Origin: the human T2T-CHM13v2.0 reference genome, Homo sapiens
DNA: 64,000 bases
Reading direction: 5' to 3' (one strand)
NCBI RefSeq assembly: GCF_009914755.1
Contig: NC_060928.1
Shown here: positions 12,610-25,933 of the stretch, one piece after another
How positions within the stretch are numbered: position 1 is the stretch's first letter
Layout of the letters: each line of letters starts with the position of its first letter
Made by a program: the position numbers and the translations under genes
The notes under the pieces: generated by a model
What the model saw: the letters and a program-made list of their open reading frames with translations, nothing else
Told to the model about the DNA's origin: nothing
Databases searched by the model: none

Positions 12610-15227
12610 TGTATTAGTACATTTTCACATTGCTCATAAAGACATAACCAGGACTAGGAAATTTACAAAAGAAAGGTTTAATTTCCATGTGTCTGAGGAA
12701 GCCTCACAATCATGGAGAAAGGCAAAAAGGAGCAAGTCACATCTTACATGGATGGCAGCAGGCAAAGAGAGAGCTTTGTCAGTCAAACTACCATTTTTTT
12801 CAAGCCATCACATCTCGGGAGACTTATTCACTATCACAAAAATAGCATAGGAAAGACCTGCTCCCATGATTCAGTCATCTCTCACCAGATCCCTCCCACA
12901 ACATGTGGGAATTATGGAAGTTACAAGATGAAATTTGGGTGGGGACACAGAGCCAAACCATATCATTGTGCCCCTGGTCCCTCCCAAATCTCATGTCCTC
13001 ACATTTTAAAACCAATCATGCCTTCCCAATAGTCCCCAAAGTCTAAACTCACTTCAGGATTAACTCAAAAGTCCACAGTCCAAAGTCTCATCTGAGACAA
13101 GGAAGGTCCCTCCTGCCTATGATTCTGTACAATTAAAAGCAAATTAATTACTTCCTAGATTCAATGGGAATACAGGCACTGGGTAAATACAGCCATTCCA
13201 TACGGGAGACATTGGCCAAAACAAAGAGGCTACAGGCCCCATGCAAGTTCAAAATCCAAGAGGGCAGTCAAATCTTAAAACTCCAAAATGCAGCTCGGAG
13301 GCTCACGCCTGAAATCCCAGCAATTTGGGAGGCTGAGGGGATATGATCACCTGATGTCAGGAGTTTGAGACCAGCCTGGCCAACCTGGTGAAACCCCATT
13401 TCTACTAAAAATACAAAAATTAGCCATGCCTGATGGCACATGCCTGTAATCCCAGCTACTCAGGAGGCGGAGGCAGGAGAATTGCTTGAACCTGGGAGCC
13501 GGAGTTTGCAGTGAGCGAGATTGCGTCATTGTACTCCAGCCTGGGCAACAAGAGGAAAACATCATCTTAAAAAAAACAAAACAAAAAAAAACCAAGAACT
13601 TCAAAATGATCTCCTTCAACTCCATGTCTCACATCCAGGTCATGCTGATGCAAGAGATGGATCCTCATGGTCATGGGCAGCTCTGCTCCTGCAGCTTTGC
13701 AGGGTATAGCCTTACTCCTGGTTGCTTTCATGGGCTGGCTGGGATTGAGTGTCTGTGACTTTTCCAGGTACACAGTGTATGCTATTTGTGGATCTACCAT
13801 TCTGTGGTCTGGAGGACAGTGGCTCTCTTCTCACAGCTCCACAAGGTGGTGCCCCAGTAGGGACTCTGTGTGGGGGTTCTGACCCTACATTTCACTTCTG
13901 CACTGCCCTAGCTGAGGTTCTCCATGAGGGTCCTGCCCCTGCAACAAACTTCATCCTGGACATCCAGGCATTTCCATACATCCTCTGAAACCTAAGCAGA
14001 GGTTCCCAAACCTCAGTTTTTGATTTCTGTGCACCCGCATGCTCAACACCATGTGGAAGCTGCTAAGGCTTGGGCCTTCCACTCTGAAGCAATAGCTCAA
14101 GCTGTACCTTGGTCCCTTTTAGTCACAGCTGAGTGGCTGGGACACAGGGCACCATGCTCCTAGACTGCAAACAGCAGAGGGACCCTGGGCCCAGCACATG
14201 AAACCCATTTTTTCCTCCTAGGACTCTGGGCCTGTGGTGGCAGGGGTTGCCTGTAAGGTCTCTGACATGCCCTAGAGACATTTTCCCATTGTCTTAATGA
14301 TTAACATTCAGCTCCTCATTACTTATGCAAATTTCTGCAGCCAGTTTAAATTTCTCCTCAGAAAATGGGACTTTCTTTTCTATCACATTGTCAGGTTACA
14401 AATTTTTTGAAGTTTTGTGTTCTGTTTCTTTTATAAAACTGAAGCCTTTAATAGCACCCAAGTCACTTCTTGAATGCTTTGCTGCTTAGAAATATTTTTT
14501 GCCAGATACCTTAAATCATCTCTCTCAAGTTCAAAGTTCCACAAATCTTTGGGGCAGAGGTGAAATGCCACCAGTTTCTTTGCTAAAACATAACAAGAGT
14601 CACCTTTACTCCAGTTCCCAACAAGTTCCTCATCTCCATCTGAGACCACCTCAGCCTGGACCTTATTGACTATATCATTATAAGCATTTTGGGCAAAGCC
14701 ATTCAACAAGTCTCTAGGAAATTCTAAACTTTCCCACATTTTCCTGTCTTCTGAGCTCTCCAAACTGTTCCAACCTCTGTTACCCAGTTCCAATGTCGTG
14801 TCCACATTTTGGAGTACCTTTTCAGCAATGCCCCACTCGACTCATATCAATTATGCTCCTGATAGTGCATTTTCATGCTCCTGATAAAGACATGCCTGAA
14901 ACTGGGCAATTTACAAAAGAAAGAAGTTTAATTGGACTTACAGTTCTACCTGGCTTGGGAAACCCCACAATCATGGAGGAAAGCAAGGAGGAGCAAGTCA
15001 CCTCTTATATGGATGGTAGAAGGCAAAGAGAGAGAGCTTGAATGGGCAAAATCCCATTTTTTAAAGCCATCAGACCTCATGAGACTTATTCACTATCACA
15101 AGAACAGCATGGAAAACACCCATTCCCATGATTCAGTCAACTCCCACTGGGTCCCTCCCACAACACTTGGGAATTATGGGAGCTACAAGATGAGATTTGG
15201 GTGGGGACACAGAGCCAAACCATATTG
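12610..15227 (-). mobile_element. THE1A MaLR provirus: LTR 12610-12965, internal region, LTR ~14856-15227
   Basis: Two ~360-bp direct-repeat LTRs ending gggtggggacacagagccaaaccatat(ca/tg); THE1-int between them; polypurine tract on the minus strand at ~12966-12981; 5-bp TSD CATAG at 12605-12609 and 15228-15232. Confidence 0.93.
13290..13594 (+). mobile_element. AluS (Sq-like) nested in THE1A-int
   Basis: Alu dimer with A tail; TSD aaaactccaaaatg 13277-13290 / agaacttcaaaatg 13595-13608. Confidence 0.93.
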
Positions 15228-15329
15228 CATAGTATATATTTTCTTATTTTACTTAAAATTTTAGTGTGTTCTTCTACTTTAAATGTTTCTCTTTTAACAG
15301 TGCATAATGTGTTTTAATTTTTAAGGCAC

Positions 15330-15625
15330 TTTTATTAGTTTCCTATGGCTACTATAACATAGTACCACATATTTAATGGCTTAACACAACACAGATAATT
15401 TTTTATTGTCATAGAAAACAGAAGTTCAAAGTAAGTCTTCCAGGCTAAAATAAAGGTGCGAGCTAGGCTGATAATTTCTCTAGAAGGTTCAGGATAGAAT
15501 ATGTTGTTTGCCTTTTCCAGCTTCAGAGGCTTTCCTCATTCCACAACCTACCATACCACATCTCATTGTTTTAGCTCCCCTATTTTCCTCACCATATGGC
15601 CTTTTCCTCTTCTGTTATCAAATCT
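15330..15625 (-). mobile_element. MLT1-family LTR fragment
   Basis: ttattagtttcctatggctactataaca...taccaca...tggcttaacacaaca matches the MLT1 terminus in antisense. Confidence 0.75.
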
Positions 15626-16858
15626 GGAAGTGCTGCCTAGAGCCACGGGGGTGAGGGCTCCGTGACAGAGCTCTGGTTGTTTGATCCAAGCCTGGTCCAA
15701 GCAGCAGGACCTCTGCCGTACGCAGGTCTGAAAGGCAGGACCTTCAACCCCATCAGGTCCAGAGTACAGAACGTAGAGCCAGGGTCTTGAGCCTCAATCT
15801 AATAGAATTTGATTTGAGTCAACTCAAATTCCAATTTGATTTCGGTTTTCAACTTGTTCAGGAATGTGTCACTCATTTCTTCTTTTCTGTTTATCTTTTT
15901 TAAAATATAAATGTCTCTCATGCCTGTGTTACCATTGTATTTTGGAAGCATACAACTTGTTTGATTTCACAGGCTCAAGCTGGAGAGCAATTTGCCTCAG
16001 GATGAATCATGCCTTGAGTTCACTCATACTTGATTTAGACAATATTTACGTGAGACTTTGGATTTAGCTTTTGAATTGATAACATGTGAGAAAGACATAA
16101 ATTTTGGGGAGCTGGTGGAGGGATGGAATGTCATAGATGGAATGCTTGTGCTCTCCCAAAATTTCTATGTTGGAACCCTATGTGATAGTATTCAGAAAGT
16201 GGGATTTGGGGAGGTAATTAGGATTAGATGAGGCTGTGAGGATAGAGCCTTCAAGAATGGGATTAGTGCCCTTTTAAAAGAAACCCTGGAGAGCTCCCTT
16301 CCTCCTTCGGCCATGTGAGGACACAGCAAAAAGATAGTTGCTATGACCTTCACCAGACACTGAATCTGCTGACACCTTGATCTTGGACTTCTCAGCCTCC
16401 ACAACTATGAAAAATACATTTCTTTTGTTTTTAAGTCACCTAGTCTATAGTTGTATTAGTCTGTTTTCACACTGCCAGAAAGAACTACTGGAATTGGGTA
16501 ATTTATGAAGAAAAGAGGTTTAATTGACACAGTTCTGCAGGCTTAACAGGAAGTGTGACTGGGAGGCCTCAGGAAATTTATAATCACGGTGTAAAATGAA
16601 GGGGAAACAAACACATCTTACTATGGCAGAGAAGATGGTGGGGGGAAGTGCTACACATTTACAAACAACTGGATCTCATGAGAACTCACTCACTATCATG
16701 AGAAGAGCAAGGGGAAAGTCTCCCCCCATGATTCAATTCCCCACTACCAGGCCCCTTCCCTGAGATGTGGGGATTACAATTTGAGATGAGATTTGGATGG
16801 GGACCCAGAGCCAAGCCATATCAGTAGTATTCTGTTATAACGGCCTGGAAAGACTACA
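15626..16858 (+). mobile_element. MLT1A0-like internal remnant plus 3' LTR (16129-16858, split by a THE1D/MSTA LTR)
   Basis: MaLR-int sequence, purine tract before tg at 16129, MLT1A-type LTR body; the last ~35 bp resume at 16824. Confidence 0.75.
16452..16823 (-). mobile_element. THE1D/MSTA solo LTR
   Basis: tgtattagtc...ccatatca termini; TSD atagt/gtagt. Confidence 0.9.
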
Positions 16859-17357
16859 AAAATGTGTATAATTATGAAAATAGCAGCATATGTAGGTGGA
16901 ACACAAAATATATACAGATTATAGTCAGTCTTTGATAAGTATATGCTTTAAAAAAATCCCTTGATTAAACCTGTTTCTCACAGTATCAAGATATACATAT
17001 TGAAAATGCAGAATTTCTGTATGTAGAAATAACTCCTCAATGGGGCCTCTAATCCAATCCAGCTCTCAGTTCTTTTACCCTGAGTGAATCTGTTTCTCTA
17101 TTCAGATTGTATTAAAAATCCTGTAAACCCAAAGTATCGCTATTTTATAATTTGTTTTTTTTTGACTATTTGTCTTCTTTACACTCTCCTCATGTACTCT
17201 CTACCTGTCCTTCCAAGCCTAACTTGTTACCTCTTTCACTCTACAGTAACCTTTTCTGTTTCTGAACGCCTACCATTAATCGTCTGCAGTTCTCAGCTTT
17301 GACTGACTGTGAGAATTATCAATATACAAAGATTCTGTATAGAATCATTTTTATCTA

Positions 17358-17661
17358 TTTTATTATTTATTTAAATGTTTTTTGAGACAGAGTTTCACTC
17401 TGTCACCCAGGCTGGAGTGGCAGTGGTGCAATAATAGCTCACTGTAGCGTGGAACTCCTAGGCTCAAACAATATTCTTACCTCAGCCTCCTAAATAGCTG
17501 GGACTACAGGCATATGCCACCATGCTCAACTAATTTTTAAAATTTTTTGTAGAGATGGGATCTAGCTATGTTGCCCAGGTTGGTCTCAAACTCCTAGCTT
17601 CAAGCAATCCTCCCATCTAGGCCTTTCAAAGTGCTGGGATTTCAGGCCTCAGCCAGCAGCC
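17358..17661 (-). mobile_element. AluJ
   Basis: Antisense Alu with J-type arm (atagctcactgtagc...ctcctaggctcaa). Confidence 0.9.
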
Positions 17662-20154
17662 TTTATTTTACATCAAGCAGTACCATGATAGGAACTCCAA
17701 GTACATAGATCTAGGTGGTGTTTGAGGGGGTCAATTAATAGGTTACAGATTGGCCATACTCCTACTAATTCTTGTGTTCTTCATTCCCATCTTCAGATCT
17801 AGGTTTTCATTTAGTATTATTTTCCTTTATCCTAAATAACTTTTTATTGCATTCTTAAAAATAATGTGGGGTTTCTCAATAATTAGCATGACAGCAAATT
17901 AAATCTTGTAGTTTTATTTACTCCAAGAGCCTTTCCATCTCGGATGATCTGGAACTCCAGCTTTTGTCTTCCTGGCTAATCCAAATGCTGAGACATCTAA
18001 TAAAATTCTTAGGATTGTAGTTATTTCTTTGTGATATCAGCCTTGAAACTTTGCCCTGTACAATACATCCAGCTTAGAATTCAGGAAAAAATAATCAAGA
18101 GTAAAATTACATGCAGATTTTGAGGGTCACTCCTCTGTTCCCTTTTCTAGGATTTTGCTGCTTAAGCACCAGCCACATTGGCAGCACAAACATCATTCCA
18201 TACCTTTCCAACACAATGAATCTTCATATTGCACCTTTCACTCCATTTTTCTGAGCTGCAAATTGACAAAATTCATCAGGCACAGGGCTAGGTAATGCAA
18301 TTTGCATTTATTTGCTTCTCTTTTTTCAGAGCTGATAGTCTGTCTTTTACTCAAATTATTCTACTGATTAAAGACAAATGACAAACAGCACCCACAACAT
18401 TCAGTGGTTGGCAGAAAATTATTATTTGTATCTTCAGGTAATGTTTACTAAACTTAGAATCTACCAACATATACATTATCCACAATTTCCTATAGATCTT
18501 ATGAATGTCCACATTTGTATATGCTGTACCAATGCATATTTAAAATACTTTAGAAATTTAAAATAAGCTTTCATGGAATACAAACCATTTTCATTACAGG
18601 TTGGCTGTACAGTCTATAACTCTATTTTTAGTCCCCTTTGTACCAAAAAAATTAAAATCATTCAAAGATTGTTAGACAATTAAGATTCGAATTGAGTTCT
18701 AAGGAATACATTTTAGCCTGTAGGTAGATAGACACAGCATTAAAAATGCAGGCATCTTCGTAATGTAGCATGTGAGTAGCAATAGATCAGATTTTGCATT
18801 AGAACTACAAAATGAGCATATTTGTGTCTCTGGGAAATATAAAGAATATTCATCAAACTCTGATTTTAAAACTGGCTTTTTGTTCACTTTTTTCTTTAAA
18901 GAAGAACTTATTTATTAATAGCTTTTTATTTTAATAGGAAAGACACTATTATACCAATACCAAACATTTAACATTGAAATGCTGTAACTTGTGTGCTTTA
19001 GAGAAAACATGAAGAGAATTTCTAAGAGCTAAATAGCACTTTCCCATGTGCTTCATGCATCAAAGGGTACCCTGGAAAATACATTTTGCATGTGCAGGCA
19101 TGCTCCAGAGAAGATTTGAAGAGATACGTGATAATGCATGCTGCTTATTTCCAAGCTGAATCTCAATGCTTTACTAAAAATTGAAAATAAAAAGGAAATG
19201 TAATATTTTTCCACATCTCCAGTAAAAGAAGTATGTTTACAGATTTAAATGCAACTTTAAAATCATTGTTTATATTAACACATGTTAATCATGAAATATA
19301 AATTTCTTTAAAAGGACGTAGTAGTTCATAATAGCAATGTGAATGCACAAATAACTAGAAAAACCACCTCTCTCGGCTGAAAAATAAAAGCATTTCAGCT
19401 AAAAGAAAAAAGCATTTTAGCAACTGAATAATATTGCCTGTGACCAAAGACTTACAATTCCTTTCTGTATTTGAGGTGTGTGAAACTGCTCAATTTTCCC
19501 CCAGCAGTTCATAGGAAATGCTTTCAATCTCAGACTTTCACAGCTCCTTGAATTTTGCAACCCTACCAGCACTTAAACAGGTTGCTGTCAAACTTTCCAA
19601 ATATTGGTAAAGCTGTGAGCCTTGTAGCAAAATTTTAAGCTCTTGTGCCATTTAAAGTGGTACGTACATGTACCTAGTGATATAAATCTGTCATATATAG
19701 CTCAAAATTATCAGAATTATATGTTTAAATTAAATTTTGGTATTGGAAGAATGAATGTTATTATAAAACAGGCAAAATGCTTGGGTATTAGGATAGTTAG
19801 CAGGTTAAAATATTAATTCTACATTCAGAGTTAGCTACACTGAATACTAAAGCTGGAAAGGATCCTTACATATATATTTTGTGTCTAACACTTAAATTTG
19901 TACCTCCATCATTGAGAAAATTAATTTAAATTAATGAGATTTATCTCTATTGATTTGTAACAAGGAATGGTGATTTTCTGAATTTTAAAAACTATAAATC
20001 TGTAGATTTTTAAACATTATCAAAAAAAGCTTCATTTTTACTTAGTGTACAGTTAGTTTGCTATAAATAACTTCAGATGATTTAGTATTCATTTAGTATA
20101 AAATTAATTTAGTAATTTTAAAACTTAGCCCAATTTTATAGCTAAGAGAATGGA

Positions 20155-20808
20155 ATATGCTATGCTTTTGGTTTTGAAGGTAAAGGGTAAGTCCATGAGC
20201 CAGGGAATGCAGACAGTCTACAGAAGCTAGAAAAGGCAAGAAAATAGATCTGTTCCTCGACACTTTAGAAGGGACACATATCTACCAACAAATTGATTTT
20301 AGTCCATTAGAATGAATCTGCACTTTTGACTTCTAGACTATAACATAATTAACTTATGTTATTTTATGTTGTTCTAAGCCACTACTATGATTTGAATGTG
20401 TCCCCCAAAATTTATGTGTTGGAAACCTAATCCCCAATATAACAGTGTTAGGAGGTGGGGCCTAATAACAGGTGATTAGGTCATGAGGGATCTCAATGTC
20501 ATTATCATAAAGTAGGTTAGCTATTGTGAGAGTGGCTTTGCTGTAAAGTGAGTTTGGCTCCCTCTTACTCTCTCCCTCTCACAGGTCTTGTATGTGTGCT
20601 CTCTTGCTCTTCCACCTTCTGTCATGGTATGACACCAAAAGAAGACCTTCACAAGACAAAGCCCCTTGATCTAGGACTTCCCAGCTTCCAGGACCATAAG
20701 CCAAATAAATTCCAGGACCAGTCTCAGATATTTGGGTATAGCAACACAAAATAGCTTAAAACAGACACTAGTCATAATTTGTTATAACAGCATTAGGAAA
20801 GTAAAGGA
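20155..20808 (+). mobile_element. MLT1D-like LTR 3' part, interrupted by an MST LTR
   Basis: ccatgagccagggaatgcag...agaagctagaaaaggcaagaaaatagat; resumes at 20769 (taatttgttataacagcattaggaaa). Confidence 0.78.
20383..20763 (+). mobile_element. MSTD-like solo LTR
   Basis: Starts tactatgatttgaatgtgtcccccaaaa, ends gcaacacaaaatagcttaaaaca; TSD gccac/gacac. Confidence 0.8.
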
Positions 20809-20965
20809 AGTACATTGTCTATTTTTTAATAGAGAAAATATGCTTCACAGAATTAGTTGGATAAAGTAATTGTAAAAACTAAATAAAAAAATATAAAAAA
20901 TCAACAACAATTCCAGGGAGATGAGAATTCAAAGTTGTTACATTATATAAAATATATAATTTTCT

Positions 20966-21265
20966 GGCCAGGTGCAGTGGCTCATGCCTGTAATCCCAGC
21001 ACTTTGGGAAACTAAGGTGGGAGAATTTCTTGAGGCCAGGAGTTCAAGATGAGCCTAGGCAACATAGTGAGATTCTGTCTCTTCAAAAAAAATTAACTGC
21101 ACATGGGGGCATAACCCTGTAGTCCAAGCTACTTGAAAGGCTGAGGTGGGAGGATTACTTAAGCTCAGGAGTTCAAGGCTGCAGTGAGCCATGAACATGG
21201 CACTGCACTCCACCCTGAGTGACAAAGTAAGACCCTGTCTCAAAACATAAATAAATAAATAAAAT
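20966..21265 (+). mobile_element. AluJ
   Basis: Full dimer with (TAAA)n tail; TSD atatataattttc at 20952-20964 and 21282-21294. Confidence 0.92.
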
Positions 21266-21409
21266 TTACATATATATATATATATATAATTTTCAGGAAA
21301 AAAAAACAAACAAAACGAACCATGAGAGATGTAGAGAAACACAAAGTGTGACCTATATCCGGGAATAAGCAAGCAGGCAATAGAAACTAGTTTCGAAGAT
21401 GTCCGAATA

Positions 21410-21700
21410 GGCCAGACATGGTGACTCATGTCTGTATTCCAGCACTTTGGGAGACTGAGGCAGGCAGATCACTTGAGGCCAGGAGTTTGAGAGCAGCCTA
21501 GCCAACATGGCAAAAACTCATCTCTATTAAAAATACATAAATTAGCCAGGTGTGGTAGCACATGCATGTAATCCTGGCTACTCTGGAGGCTGAGGCATGA
21601 GAATCACTTGAACCTGAGGGGCAGTTTGCTGTGAGCTGAGATCACACCATTGCACCGCAGCCCTGGTGACAGTGTGAGACTCTATCTCACACACACAAAA
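21410..21700 (+). mobile_element. Alu (Sz/Jb-like)
   Basis: Full dimer; TSD aagatgtccgaata 21396-21409 / aagatgtccaaata 21701-21714. Confidence 0.93.
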
Positions 21701-23707
21701 AAGATGTCCAAATATAGACTAAGCAGAGAAATATTTCAAAGTAGTCATTGTAAATATGCTCAAAAAACACTGTCTTAAAAAATTAAAAATACAAAAAGTA
21801 TGATAGTTACACAACTAGAAAATATTAATACATAAATATTCTTTAAAAATTCATTTTCTGTAGTTACTAAGTACCACTGACATGAAAAATTCACTACAGG
21901 TGCTTAACTAAAGATAAGACCTGGCAGAAGAAAGGCTCAATACTCAAGACAGCAATAGAGATGATTAAAAAAAAAAAAAAACAGAAGCACACATTTTAAA
22001 AAAATAACAGAACCTTAAATAAATAAGAGACAGCTTTAAGCAAACTTGAATATGCATAATGGGAATACCAAATAGACAGAAGAGAGAGAAAAGTGAAGCA
22101 AATTATTAACAAGTGTAATGGATGAAATTTCTCCAATTTGATGGAAAATGGCATTATGCACAAACAAGAAGTCCAGCCAACCACAAGCATGTTATCAATG
22201 CAAAGGGAGTGATACCTAGATAGATCATATTCAAACTGTTGAAAGCCGAAAATAAAATAAAGTCTTTAAAGCAGCATGAAATAAAATACTTACTGTATAC
22301 AAAGGAATCCTAGTAAGATCAACAACTAACTTTTTATTCAGAAACAATCATGCTCAGAAGTCAATAGATCAATGTAGCCAAAGTACTAGGAGAAAAAAAT
22401 GTCAATCTACAACCCTATAGCCAGAAAAATTATCTTTCAGATTTAGTGAAAATGAAATGAAAATACCAAATATGAACAAATTAGGATAATTTGTAGCTAG
22501 CACTTTAGCTTTCGGATAAATATTGAAAGTTATTTCTAATATTGAAGTAAATAATGTCAGAGAACAATTGGAATCTATTTGAAAAAGTAGGCAGCACCAG
22601 TAAGGAGTACTATGTAGGTAGATATAAAATACGGTATAGTCATATTTTTCTTCTTTTTTTTCTATGAACTAAGTTACAACAATAAAAAATTGCATAAGAC
22701 TGTAGCCATACAATTGTATTGTATGGTTTATAACATACGAAGTTATGATATATAATAACAATACAGAGAAAGAGGAGAGAAAATAAAGCTAATTTGGAGC
22801 AAGGACATGACATCAGATAGTAACTTGAACCCAGAGGAAAGTTTTAAGAGAGCCAAAAATGACATATTTTCTCCTTTATCTTCTATGATTTTTTAAGAAA
22901 TATTTTCTTAAATTCACTAGAGTTTTATTTTTTCATTTATTTTACCTAGAAAATTATATTAGAAGTAGCATCTGCCAATTAATAAAGACTAAAATTGTGG
23001 TGAGGATATATAATATAGTTATACTTGTACAGAAATAGTAAGTGATAAAATTATGTCATAATTTTGAAAGTAATGATTATCAGTTTTAAATGTGAAATAA
23101 TCAAATGTATTATTTTCAGGATTAGAAGGCTAAATTTTAGAGGTCAAGTATATTAATAAGATTCAATGTATAATCAGTATATGTAAACAGCTCCAATTTT
23201 AAAAATATAATTTTAAATATTTTAATACATTTATATTAATTGATGTTACACATATACTATTGTGGTCACAGCTTTTATTAGAATTTTAAAATAAATTATC
23301 CATGAACATGAACTCTGCTATTGATATCCATAGATTGTTTAGTATAAAAGAGTCGTAATTTTATTATACATTAATTTTGAAATGATGAATGTTTATAATT
23401 TCTAGTTTACTTTGAGTGTAGTTTCACTTGACTTAAGATTCTATGTTCAGCATTAATATATGTTTGATTTATAGCAGTTTGCATGCAATCTTCTGATCTT
23501 TACAGAAATAGTAATAAATATATACAAATAAATGATATTAATTGACCTCATTCCATAATGAGCTAGGATATATCACTAGTAATAAAAGGCTTATTCATGT
23601 GAAGAAATGTCATTCTTTTAGGCACCAATGTGCCATTTGTTGAATTTCTCAACTCATTGTCATTCTGGGTACTGTATATCTAAGAAGTTCAGGCCTTAAT
23701 ACGACAC

Positions 23708-23717
23708 ACATACAAAT

Positions 23718-23749
<32 letters not shown>

Positions 23750-23882
23750 CACATATACACAAGAATATATACAGTGATGTCAGCAAGATATCATACATAC
23801 AAATGCACACACATAAATGCACACACACACACACAAGTCACATATACACAAGAATGTATAGAGTGATGTCAGCAAGATCATG
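23708..23882. repeat. ~87-bp tandem duplication containing (CA)n and the L1 5' junction
   Basis: acatacaaatgc(ac)n...catatacacaagaat-tata-agtgatgtcagcaagat occurs twice, starting at 23708 and 23795. Confidence 0.9.
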
Positions 23883-24458
23883 GAATAGGAAGTTCTGAAC
23901 TCCCAACCTCTACACAGAAAGTTTAACTAGCAACTATCCACAGACTAGAATGTCCTGTTGAAAACCCTGACACTTGGAAACATGCCCGAGACACTCATAT
24001 GGTCTAGAAAACTGAATAAAATCCAAATTAGGGAGCTAAAAAAAATGGTCTCACTCTGACTGCATCTTCGCTTCCCCTCCTCCAAGTTGCCACAACACCA
24101 GACAAAGAGGATTTCCCTGGGTTCACAGTTTCTGCAGAGAGAAAAGAGAACCAGAAACAGTCAGCCATTGTTTCCAGCATTCCAGGATGTTTGTAGGAAG
24201 CTCACTTTAGTCTCACTTCACAAAATAAATTGAGAGAAACTGCATGGCTAGGCCACTCAGAGTCAAGAAGAAATAAAGAAAGGAGACAGAGTTAATAGTG
24301 ACAAGCACACATAGATCTTGGTGGTATCTCTGTGTTTCTGTGGTGCCCTATCATAGATACCAGCCAATCTTTTAAGCCACTTGCAAAGCTAAGCTAGATG
24401 CTTTCAGAAGCACAGTGGAAGTTCAAACTAGCTTGAGTTGGTAAACTTCTAGACTCCC

Positions 24459-25130
24459 CAGCCAGCCTTAAAACCCACCACAATGATCCTCACAAATAGG
24501 AAAACACCCATCTCCTCTCATGTCAGAGAAGCAAATGGGCTAGATTGGCTTGACCTAGGAAGTCAAGCAGTGACTTTGCTCAGCCATCAAAGTCCATCAG
24601 ACAACTATGCCCAGGAAAGAAGACTTCCACCTCCTTACATCTTAGAGAAGCATAAGGAATAGATTGGCTTGATAACCCAGGAATCAAGCAGAGGCTCCAC
24701 TCAGCCAAAAATCCTGCCCAACAACTTTGCCCAGGCAGGGAGACTTCTATCTCTGTGCATTTTGAATAAAAATAGGGACTAGTCCTGCTTGGTCCCAGAA
24801 GTCAAGCAGCACCTCCACTCAGCCAAAGAGCTCACCCAATGGGCCCACCCAGGCAGGAAATCTCCCACCTCTGTGGATGTTAGAGAAGCATAGGGCCTAG
24901 ATGGATTTGACTCAGAAAGTCAAGGAGCAGCTCCACTCAGCCAAAAAGTGCACTCAACAACTCTACTGAAGCAGGGAAATGTCTACCTCCACAAATTTTG
25001 GAAAAGCACAGGGGCTATACATACTAGACTCGGTAAGTCAGTGATTCAAACCAGCCAAAGGCCCACCACACTACTCCACCCTAACAGGGAGACCATTTTA
25101 ATCATGCATTTCTAAGGAGCGTAGCGTCTG
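24459..25130 (+). repeat. Diverged tandem array, ~120-bp unit x ~5.5, in the L1 5'UTR
   Basis: cagcca anchors at 24459, 24581, 24702, 24820, 24938 and 25052, with recurring cccaggcagg, agagaagcatagg and aagtcaagcag motifs. Confidence 0.88.
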
Positions 25131-25933
25131 CTCCTGTCTCTCTTAAGCAGTGACTCCACCTAACTTCAGGTCTCAGTCTGCAGTCCTGCCCAGCTGCAGA
25201 TTCTAAAGCATGAAATTGCTTGGCCAGGGAATACATCTTGTGACTTGCCTGACCAGAAGCAATTACAGTACCCAGCAGTTCTGCCTGATAGCACAGCCAA
25301 GTCAATGGCCTCACCAGTCAGCAGAGCTCAGCCACAAGCTCACCAACATGAGAGCAAAGGCAGCAACCCAGCCAACTAGAGAAATCTGAACATGCTCTGC
25401 CTGTCCAAAGTTGTTACTAGTTGATCCTTCCTAAATAATAGACTAAACTAAGTAGTAAAGGTCTATCTCTGAAAAGGGACACTTAAAAGGGAAAGTAGAG
25501 GAAGTCCTCTTCTCAGATTTGTAGATGACAGTGCAAGGACACAAGAGTTAAAATAAATTCTAACATCAAAATGCTAAAGTATAATAGGGGCAGTAAAAGA
25601 GTAGAGTTGTTTCATGCAATGTTAAGTTGTTGTCTGTTTGAAATAGTCCTATAAGTATCAGATCTTCTATGTAAGCCTCATGGTAAACACAAAGGAAAAA
25701 TATTCAGCAGAAGCATTAAACAAAAATAGAAATGATTCAAAGCAAACTAAAGACAACCATCAAATGACAAAGAAATGCAACAAGGGAGGAAGCAAGAAAG
25801 AACACATTTATAAAACAACCAGTAAACAACAAACAAAATGGCAACAGTGAGTCTTTACTTATTAATAATTACTTTGAATGTAAATGAATTAAATTATCCA
25901 ATAAAAACACAGAGTGACTGAATGGATAAAAAA

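Larger units (their letters stand above)
20860..22870 (+). mobile_element. Old L1M 5'/ORF1 region (degraded) hosting two Alus
   Basis: ORF1-like A-rich sequence (atgaaaaattcactac...; tcaaactgttgaaagcc; ctatagccagaaaaattatctttca). Confidence 0.72.

Noticed and set aside
12560-15264. Cluster of 60-124 aa ORFs
   Set aside because: All lie within THE1A LTR/internal or Alu sequence; typical MaLR pseudo-ORFs
24459-25130. Periodic repeat as a CRISPR-like array
   Set aside because: The whole ~120-bp unit repeats with divergence; there are no unique spacers or cas genes, and the context is primate
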